Shown here piece after piece: positions 33,874-39,683 of a stretch of DNA of 39,683 nt. The notes below the pieces were generated by a model. The model did not search any database and was not told the origin of the DNA. It saw nothing but the letters and a program-made list of their open reading frames with translations. The stretch comes from a virus (taxonomy: Duplodnaviria; Caudoviricetes): the IMG/VR virus record IMGVR_UViG_3300012940_000050, positions 1 through 39,683 of that record. One strand, 5' to 3'. Within the stretch, counting starts at the first letter, position 1. The number at the start of each line of letters is the position of its first letter. Position numbers and translations under genes: made by a program.

Positions 33874-34145
33874 AGCCCCAACTCCTCGTCGATCTTCTGG
33901 ATGGCCCGCATCACGTTGCAGACGTCGCAAACGCACGATGACCCTTCCCTGCCAAACTTCGACTCACGACGAAGCTGGTAACCCCAGTGGTCAGCACACG
34001 CCTCCCGCAGCCCCGCCGACAGGATCGGCCACTGGGCACGGGCGATGATCGGCAGCTCTTCAAGAAGCGGTCCCGGAATGATGTCGTATCGGCTCGCAAT
34101 CGCCCGCGCTCCGGCCTCGATGGCCTGCTCAGTCACGGATGTCAT
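33870..34145 (-). CDS. Hypothetical protein
   Basis: GGAGG RBS; AIEAGARAI; CxC-xC. Confidence 0.65.
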   Translation of the reverse strand: MTSVTEQAIEAGARAIASRYDIIPGPLLEELPIIARAQWPILSAGLREACADHWGYQLRRESKFGREGSSCVCDVCNVMRAIQKIDEELGL

Positions 34146-34329
34146 CGGTCACGTCCTCCCTGTGCACGGGACAATCGGGGTTGGGTTCCATGTCCAGATA
34201 GCCAGGGATGTGAGGCTCACCAGGGATGTGCACTTCGTGGTACGTGCACGTGCAGCCCTTGCAAACGTGGGAGAGGTAATGCTGCATCAGCTCCCCACAC
34301 CGCAAGCAGTCGTCACCCAGTTCGCTCAC
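34129..34329 (-). CDS. Cys/His-rich small protein
   Basis: GTG 34329 after GGAGG; CLRC, CTC and DCPVH. Confidence 0.6.
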   Translation of the reverse strand: MSELGDDCLRCGELMQHYLSHVCKGCTCTYHEVHIPGEPHIPGYLDMEPNPDCPVHREDVTDDIRD

Positions 34330-34514
34330 TCCGACCTCCTCCTCGTCATCCCCCAGCAGACCCAGACCACGAACGCCAACAGCGCGACCACGAAGGGTGC
34401 GACCAGCCACACGCCCCACTTCTGCCCGTCATCAACCAGCGCGCCGCCTACGATGGCCAGACCGGGCAGGGACAACACCAGTAGGATTCCGAGGGTTGCC
34501 AGCACGCGCTTCAC
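34326..34514 (-). CDS. Small two-TM membrane protein
   Basis: GTG 34514; two hydrophobic helices and a basic tail. Confidence 0.65.
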   Translation of the reverse strand: MKRVLATLGILLVLSLPGLAIVGGALVDDGQKWGVWLVAPFVVALLAFVVWVCWGMTRRRSE

Positions 34515-34822
34515 TCCGACCCCCTCCGTACGGCCAGGAACGCGGCGATGGCGGCACGAGCACACACACGCCACGACTCCTTGGTCGGCTCGTTCAGCAG
34601 CTCCCAAGGGTCTGGGTGCAGCCCCGCGTTACGAGCGGACAGGCAGAAGGCATCCCAGTACATCGCCAGCGCTGCATCCTCCACCTCCTCGTCGGTCGGG
34701 TCAGCCAGCGCATCGACACGGCCCCAGCCGGCTCCATCTACAAACAGCCAGGTGTGCTCGCGCTCAGGGGTGTACAGCGTCCGCCTCTCCGCCTCGGCGT
34801 TGGCTCGGTCAGCGAAGGTCAT
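34511..34822 (-). CDS. Hypothetical protein
   Basis: ATG 34822; PTDEEVEDAALAMY...W..L....KESW...ARAAI. Confidence 0.7.
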   Translation of the reverse strand: MTFADRANAEAERRTLYTPEREHTWLFVDGAGWGRVDALADPTDEEVEDAALAMYWDAFCLSARNAGLHPDPWELLNEPTKESWRVCARAAIAAFLAVRRGSE

Positions 34823-35079
34823 CGGTCGGTCCTCTCTCGAATCGCGGCAGCTCGGTTGCGGAGATAGTCGTGCACCGTGGACACTTCCCACGCCACGCGA
34901 CCCTCGGCATTCGCGACGGGCCAAGACACCGCTCCATCCACCTCCACGGCCTCGTACATGAAGTGCGCGAGGCGGTCCAGCTCGTCAGCGGTCTCCCGGG
35001 CGGCGACCTCGGCGTCATGCTTGGCAAGCCAGTCCTTGGCTTCCTTGTAGGTAGCGAAGTGGTGGTCGTAGTCGCTCAT
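34819..35079 (-). CDS. Hypothetical protein
   Basis: WLAKHDAEV...LRNRAAAIRE; coupled. Confidence 0.7.
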   Translation of the reverse strand: MSDYDHHFATYKEAKDWLAKHDAEVAARETADELDRLAHFMYEAVEVDGAVSWPVANAEGRVAWEVSTVHDYLRNRAAAIRERTDR

Positions 35080-35322
35080 TCACTCGTCCCCTTTCGACAG
35101 TGCGGCGCGCAGCCGACGAGCAACATGATCAGGATCAATCGGAGCGCGCATCCCGTGACCGTCAAACGGCGACGGCTCCGACAGCTCGTCCGCCAGCGCC
35201 TCGACTGCCTCGACCTTGGCCAGCAGGGAACGGGCGGTGGCGAGCAGTTCGCCATGACACAGCACGTCCTCCACGGTGCACGTCGCCGCCTCGATCACGG
35301 CGCGGGCATCGGTGAGGTTCAT
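35080..35322 (-). CDS. Hypothetical protein
   Basis: ATG 35322; ATGA overlap. Confidence 0.6.
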   Translation of the reverse strand: MNLTDARAVIEAATCTVEDVLCHGELLATARSLLAKVEAVEALADELSEPSPFDGHGMRAPIDPDHVARRLRAALSKGDE

Positions 35323-35480
35323 ACGATCACCGACCCGACTAGCAGACCAAGCGTCACCCCGGTCAGCGCAAGGACAGGGAACAGGATCAGCTTGGTGTCC
35401 CGCGACATGACAGACTCCCCGTTGAGGATCCGCAACATACGGCGAAGGTGACGCCTCTCCCGCCACGTAAGTTCGCTCAT
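35319..35480 (-). CDS. Small single-TM protein (53 aa, not in ORF track)
   Basis: MSELTWRERR...KLILFPVLALTGVTLGLLVGSVIV; ATGA overlaps at both ends. Confidence 0.55.
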   Translation of the reverse strand: MSELTWRERRHLRRMLRILNGESVMSRDTKLILFPVLALTGVTLGLLVGSVIV

Positions 35481-35695
35481 CGCCCACCCGATTGGTAGCG
35501 CTCGACGGCCTCCGCCTCACTGATCAGTTGCACTACCTGGGGCAACCGCGATGGGTGATGGTCGTCCGGCTCGTGGCTGTCGATAGTGGCTGACAGGTTA
35601 GCGCACACCGCCTCGGCACGTGCCTGCGACCTAAACGGGCCGACGGCCTCAACCGCCAACGTCAGGTCTGGATGGAAAGCTACAGCCCACGTCAT
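35477..35695 (-). CDS. Hypothetical protein
   Basis: VGPFRSQARA motif; coupled. Confidence 0.6.
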   Translation of the reverse strand: MTWAVAFHPDLTLAVEAVGPFRSQARAEAVCANLSATIDSHEPDDHHPSRLPQVVQLISEAEAVERYQSGGR

Positions 35696-35732
35696 GACGG
35701 ATCGCCCGGAAAGTAGCTGTCACGCTTGAACT

Positions 35733-36227
35733 TCATCGCCCGCCCTCCAATGCCGCGAGGATCGCGTCAACCTCGTCACGGTCCGCTACATCGTGCAACT
35801 CGGCCTGACGATGTAGCCGGAGAGCTTGCCGCAGGTCCTCCCGGCTCGCCCCGTTGACCTCCATCAGCGAGGCAGGCGGGATGTGGCCGTCGGCATCCAG
35901 CAGGACGGTGATGGGGGCGTAGTCATCAACCGTTTCCCAGTCGTGCAGCGTGCCCCCATTCGGGGCCTTCCACCGGTCATTCTGGCGTTGCCAGATGTCG
36001 CCGTCCCCGTCCATTACCACCTTGGCACCAGCCCACGAAGGGGCACGCGGGGCCAGATGGGTGACTGTGATCCGGTCGGGGCCATGCTGCCTGCTCCCGC
36101 CGTCCTCGACCTCAGCGTCATACGCACGGGTGTACCGGTCACCCGGCACCAGCTCTTCGATCACATCGTCCCACTCGTCTTGTGTGTACGTGCGGCCCAC
36201 TTCAAGCTTGATCGTCACAGAATCCAC
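35733..36227 (-). CDS. Hypothetical protein
   Basis: 164 aa; VMDGDGDIWQ...YAPITVL. Confidence 0.7.
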   Translation of the reverse strand: MDSVTIKLEVGRTYTQDEWDDVIEELVPGDRYTRAYDAEVEDGGSRQHGPDRITVTHLAPRAPSWAGAKVVMDGDGDIWQRQNDRWKAPNGGTLHDWETVDDYAPITVLLDADGHIPPASLMEVNGASREDLRQALRLHRQAELHDVADRDEVDAILAALEGGR

Positions 36228-36442
36228 TCCCTCACCAATGCGTTATGCCCGGCCACAGCCTCCGCCAATGTTCGGTACCGATCACCCGCCACATCCTCAG
36301 GAAAGTCAGTACCGTTCTTCCGCATCACCAACGTTTCGTACGTACGCGGATCCGGCCCCGGCTCAACCCCGCCAGGCACCCGAATCGTCGACACCACAAT
36401 GTCGTCCCGGCTCGTCTCCAAAATGTGATCAACCATGCTCAC
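36215..36442 (-). CDS. Hypothetical protein
   Basis: VSTI...YETLV...RY.T.AEA.AGH. Confidence 0.7.
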   Translation of the reverse strand: MSMVDHILETSRDDIVVSTIRVPGGVEPGPDPRTYETLVMRKNGTDFPEDVAGDRYRTLAEAVAGHNALVREWIL

Positions 36443-36602
36443 TCCTCACAGAAACCCCCAGCCGGAACCCGGCCAGGAACGCTGACACAGCCGACGCCAA
36501 ATCGCGACGTGCGGCATGTGTCAACACACGATTGCGACTGTTGTGGCATCGAACATCCCTGCCGGCACCGCACGTAGGGCATGCCACACACCATGCGTTC
36601 AT
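36429..36602 (-). CDS. Small zinc-finger protein
   Basis: ATG 36602; CPTCGA....C...H..R. Confidence 0.6.
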   Translation of the reverse strand: MNAWCVACPTCGAGRDVRCHNSRNRVLTHAARRDLASAVSAFLAGFRLGVSVRSEHG

Positions 36603-36922
36603 GCCCCGTACTCGATCCCACCATCGGGTAGCAGCCGCACCGACCAATGACCTGTCTGTACAGGGATGTCGGCCGGATCCGCAGTGCGATGCACCAGCCA
36701 ACCCAGCTTGTATGCCCACTCTCGATTCAGCTCGATCCACGAATGACAACCGCTACACAGCAGCACCAGATTGGCTGGGCTGTTGATGTCGCTGTCGCGG
36801 GTGCCGCCCATGCCCCTCGGCTTGCGGTGATGGATCTGCTCGCCCGTTCGGCCGCAGCGTCGGCACCAACCGTTGTCACGGTCAACAATCAACTGGCGGG
36901 TGATCACGGTTGGCCCTGTCAC
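36599..36922 (-). CDS. HNH endonuclease
   Basis: RDNGWCRRC...IHHRKPRGMGG...NLVLLCSGCH; start GTG 36922. Confidence 0.88.
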   Translation of the reverse strand: MTGPTVITRQLIVDRDNGWCRRCGRTGEQIHHRKPRGMGGTRDSDINSPANLVLLCSGCHSWIELNREWAYKLGWLVHRTADPADIPVQTGHWSVRLLPDGGIEYGA

Positions 36923-36924
36923 CC

Positions 36925-37275
36925 TCACGGCCGGACCTGCGCATGCAGTGTGTCGGCAGCTCTCTGATCGGCCAGCCATGACCGTTGCGCCCCGATCTTC
37001 TCCCGCAACGACACGATTCGCTGCTTCGACGCATCCGCAACAGCAGCCGTCGTCAGCCGCGCCAGGTACGCATCCGCGACCGCATCGTCAGCCTCAGCGA
37101 TTGTTTCGCAAAGCGACACGGCACCGGCTCCCTCAGCTTTCGCCCGCAAGATCCGTTGCGCCCGCAGCTTCTTGTGGTGCGCTTCCGCTTCGGCTGCTGC
37201 GTAGGCTTCTTCGCCGTACCGTTGAACGGTTGTTTCAAGCTCCGCCACCGTCCGGGCCACCGGGTAGTCACTCAC
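36925..37275 (-). CDS. Helical hypothetical protein
   Basis: GGAGG RBS; Ala-rich coiled coil. Confidence 0.7.
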   Translation of the reverse strand: MSDYPVARTVAELETTVQRYGEEAYAAAEAEAHHKKLRAQRILRAKAEGAGAVSLCETIAEADDAVADAYLARLTTAAVADASKQRIVSLREKIGAQRSWLADQRAADTLHAQVRP

Positions 37276-37727
37276 TGCTCAACCTCCGGCCAGCCGCCCT
37301 CCGGCAACTCCTCGAGGATCCCTGCCAGGAGGATCGGTGCAGACGCCTTCGCACGATCCGACGGGACCACCCGCAGTTGCGGCGTACCTTGCACCTTCTC
37401 CACGCCATCGACAGGGATCAGATCCCCATCCAGCATGTAGCCGCCAGCCTTCGTAATCCGATCCTTGAACGAAGCGTTGACAGTCTCGGTGACCACGATT
37501 GCGTCGGGCACATTCGCCGCGACCCACTGGAAGAACGCCGCATGATCAACCACCTTGTATGACGCGGCCGGCTTCGTCATCAACGCGTAGCCGAGTTCAT
37601 GGTTCAGCCGGTCACCAGGGTCAAGCTCGGGGCGGAACTCTTCCCGAGCTTCTTCGTGCAGCTCTTCGAGGTAGTCAAGGATTGCCTTCTCCATGGCTAG
37701 CCGTGCCACCTGCGCTTTCACGCTCAT
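37272..37727 (-). CDS. Hypothetical protein of the recombination module
   Basis: ATG 37727; VVDHAAFFQWV..N.P...VDGVE. Confidence 0.7.
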   Translation of the reverse strand: MSVKAQVARLAMEKAILDYLEELHEEAREEFRPELDPGDRLNHELGYALMTKPAASYKVVDHAAFFQWVAANVPDAIVVTETVNASFKDRITKAGGYMLDGDLIPVDGVEKVQGTPQLRVVPSDRAKASAPILLAGILEELPEGGWPEVEQ

Positions 37728-38032
37728 GCTTCCCCCTCTGATCCAAATGCAACTTCCCAAGCCACAAGGGCGGCGTCGCGGGCCGCGTGTGCCATCCGGG
37801 CGCAGCGCGGACAGTAGGTGTCCGGCATAATCGAGATCCCCAGTACGACGGCGATCCCGGCCGCCTCATCAAGTCGAGTCGGCCTTTCGCCTTTCTCTAG
37901 GCGGGCCACGGTCGTCTGATGAAAGTTCGCGACACCGGCAGCCTGTAGTTGCTTGGCAAGTTCGGTTTGAGACCATCCGAGTCGAGCGCGAGCGTCACGC
38001 ACACTGCGCCCAAACTGTTGCTCCACGCTCAT
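37724..38032 (-). CDS. XRE-family HTH protein
   Basis: VRDARARLGWSQTELA...HQTTVARLEKGERPTRLDEA. Confidence 0.88.
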   Translation of the reverse strand: MSVEQQFGRSVRDARARLGWSQTELAKQLQAAGVANFHQTTVARLEKGERPTRLDEAAGIAVVLGISIMPDTYCPRCARMAHAARDAALVAWEVAFGSEGEA

Positions 38033-38532
38033 GCCGCTACTCCTGTAATGTGGTTCGCGTACGCCTGCATTCCGCCCGGTGCTAGCAGATCAATCCCGAC
38101 AGCCTCAGCCGCAGCCTTCGCAGCAGCCTTGTCCTGGTTGTGATGGGCAAGCACAATCTCACCCGGCGCAGGACCAGTAGGTGGGGCCTGTCGGTTCCGA
38201 ACCTCCTCGGCTGACGCGATGCCCTTCTTTGTGTCTGCCGCCAGCACGGCCACGATGGCGCGGCCCCACGCGGCAGTCTCGGCGTTCTGCAACTCTGAGT
38301 CCCGAGTGAATGGCGTCTTGCCGGGGACTGGTTCCCATGCTGTCCCGTGGCCGGGTCGCTCGTCATCGGGGGATCGATACGCGGCAGCCGTGTAAACGAC
38401 CCACCATGCCCCGTTGACTTCCCGGAAGTCGAGTGCGACTTGCTGTAGCGATCCTTCGGGGTGCTTGTCGCGAAACTCTGCGATTCGCGAGTTGACATCG
38501 TTGTAGTCAGACGGAAGATCAAACTTAGCCAT
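38029..38532 (-). CDS. Putative single-strand annealing protein (Rad52/ERF/Sak-like)
   Basis: YNDVNSRIAEFR...GTAWE...QNAETAAWGRA...IASAEEV. Confidence 0.65.
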   Translation of the reverse strand: MAKFDLPSDYNDVNSRIAEFRDKHPEGSLQQVALDFREVNGAWWVVYTAAAYRSPDDERPGHGTAWEPVPGKTPFTRDSELQNAETAAWGRAIVAVLAADTKKGIASAEEVRNRQAPPTGPAPGEIVLAHHNQDKAAAKAAAEAVGIDLLAPGGMQAYANHITGVAA

Positions 38533-38541
38533 TGTTGCTCC

Positions 38542-38739
38542 TCATGCTGCTTTCCTCTCCTCATGTTTCAGATGGCGGGGCATGCCTGCTGCGCAACACG
38601 ACACCCGCATGCACCACTGCGCCTCACAGTTCGGGCATTCATCCGGCACCTGCTGGCCTGGCATGCCGCCCTCGACCAGCACCCATCCCCAGCCGTTACA
38701 GGTCCAACACTTCGACCTAGTACCAGTCATCGGCGTCAT
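38542..38739 (-). CDS. Small Cys-rich protein
   Basis: CWTCNG.G...CPNC; start uncertain. Confidence 0.55.
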   Translation of the reverse strand: MTPMTGTRSKCWTCNGWGWVLVEGGMPGQQVPDECPNCEAQWCMRVSCCAAGMPRHLKHEERKAA

Positions 38740-38887
38740 CCCTGATCCCGGAATAGTCGATCAACTCGGCTTCCCGGTCCTCATCAGCCCACTGCTGTTC
38801 CCGGTCACATTCCGCGCACACGTCCAGGGTTTCGTTTCCGTACATGTCGAATGCGCCATACCGGTCATGCCTGCACAGGGTCTTCAT
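38717..38887 (-). CDS. Small acidic hypothetical protein
   Basis: CAECDRE...; start uncertain. Confidence 0.45.
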   Translation of the reverse strand: MKTLCRHDRYGAFDMYGNETLDVCAECDREQQWADEDREAELIDYSGIRDDADDWY

Positions 38888-39044
38888 CGAAAGTCCAATC
38901 AATCTCGGTTTCCCACATGAACAGTTCTTGTTCGGCGTCCCGTTCAGCGCGGACCATCGCGACCCAGCAGGCGTCACACAGCCACCGGTCACGGTCCCAA
39001 CGGCGCAGCCCGTCACGCGGGCGGCAGCATCCGTCACACTCCAT
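38865..39044 (-). CDS. Small CxxC/CxxC protein (59 aa, not in ORF track)
   Basis: GAGGAG RBS; MECDGC...WLCDACW...acidic tail. Confidence 0.6.
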   Translation of the reverse strand: MECDGCCRPRDGLRRWDRDRWLCDACWVAMVRAERDAEQELFMWETEIDWTFDEDPVQA

Positions 39045-39053
39045 GTCGTCTCC

Positions 39054-39260
39054 TCACTGGTATTGGCGTCGCAGCCAGGCGTCTAGGTCGATGTCTTGGA
39101 TCCGGTAGCCCCGCCTGTCACGGATGCAGCGGATCGAATCGGGGGAAGGTGTTCGGCCACGCTCAACCGCAAGCCGGTACTTCTCACACCTGACCCGGAT
39201 CTCCGGCGTGGTCAATGGCCAGCGGCCGTCCGCGGCCGCCTTTGGTGGGGTGAGCCACAT
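39054..39260 (-). CDS. Excisionase-like winged-helix protein
   Basis: MWLTPPKAA...YRIQDIDLDAWL; near cro. Confidence 0.55.
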   Translation of the reverse strand: MWLTPPKAAADGRWPLTTPEIRVRCEKYRLAVERGRTPSPDSIRCIRDRRGYRIQDIDLDAWLRRQYQ

Positions 39261-39382
39261 CAGGCCACCTGCTCCCGGATCGCCCGCCGCTTCTCCGTCA
39301 CCCGATAGCGATGCGGCCGGCCATGCGCCTTGTCGACCTCCACGCCATTACGTGCGGGCCGTCGATGTGTCGTTCTGCTCAT
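39260..39382 (-). CDS. Small basic protein (40 aa, not in ORF track)
   Basis: GGAGG RBS; ATGA and TGATG overlaps. Confidence 0.5.
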   Translation of the reverse strand: MSRTTHRRPARNGVEVDKAHGRPHRYRVTEKRRAIREQVA

Positions 39383-39675
39383 GCCGCCAACCTCCCGTAT
39401 CCTGAGACTTGGTACTCGATGGTCGTAAAAAGGTCATCCGGTAGAAGCCCCAACGCCTCCTCGATGGCGCGGGCTGTGTCTGGGCTGCATGTGTCGCGAC
39501 GCCGAAACACCAGGTGGTTCACAGCGCCAGGCTGGAGGCCGGCCTTGCGGGCCAGTTCGCACCCGGACTTGATGCCGTACCGGTACATGCGTGAGATCAG
39601 TTGATCCCACGACTTCAGCTTGCAAGATGCTCGCCTGTCAGTTGGCAGGGCGGGCAGGGTCACGTGACGACGCAT
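39379..39675 (-). CDS. Cro-like HTH protein
   Basis: ELARKAGLQPGAVNHL..RR..CSPDTARAIEEALG...LF; its GAGGAGG RBS is visible at about 120-126 across the circular junction. Confidence 0.85.
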   Translation of the reverse strand: MRRHVTLPALPTDRRASCKLKSWDQLISRMYRYGIKSGCELARKAGLQPGAVNHLVFRRRDTCSPDTARAIEEALGLLPDDLFTTIEYQVSGYGRLAA

Positions 39676-39683
39676 CAGTCCTC
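39561..39683. repeat. Terminal direct repeat, right copy
   Basis: Identical to 1-123. Confidence 0.97.

Noticed and set aside
28630-35451. Long + strand ORFs 28630..29652, 28820..29803, 32002..32820 and 34045..35451
   Set aside because: Antisense to well-supported coupled minus-strand genes; low-complexity Arg/Pro/Ser translations
4065-39054. Genome-wide stop read-through, suggested by many in-frame stop-to-start gaps (3, 9, 12, 15 nt)
   Set aside because: These gaps occur with TAA and TAG as well as TGA and mostly follow from stop codons overlapping an SD; only the SD-less capsid/fibre case was kept
39561-39683. 123-bp terminal repeat as physical genome ends
   Set aside because: It falls inside the cro gene and far from the packaging genes, so it is best explained as assembler overlap of a circular contig

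Overview
This window is a complete, circularly permuted genome of a temperate siphovirus infecting a high-GC actinomycete. It has about 39,560 unique bp; bases 1-123 are repeated exactly at 39561-39683. The + strand carries only a lysogeny cassette: XRE repressor, ImmA-type metalloprotease, lipoprotein, DUF3263-like protein and tyrosine integrase, followed by an attP core matching the 3' half of tRNA-Pro(TGG). Nearly everything else runs on the - strand: early genes (cro, excisionase, SSAP, many small ORFs, resolvase, C5 methylase, initiator, helicase, SSB), a displaced TerS candidate, a late-regulator candidate, an atypical tRNA, then TerL, portal, MuF, scaffold, capsid, neck, tail (with a clear -1 chaperone frameshift) and lysis genes. 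The most interesting signals are non-coding. (1) A ~420-nt structured early leader ends in an anticodon-less tRNA mimic placed 1 nt before an SD-less ORF. (2) A boxA-like 12-mer occurs 8 times at gene junctions on the sense strand. (3) A PafBC/RecA-NDp-type promoter precedes a leaderless immA, and two LexA-box-like sites are present. (4) A hairpin loop is complementary to three repeats beside the tail-chaperone RBS. All calls come from reading motifs and synteny by eye; no searches or folding programs were run.
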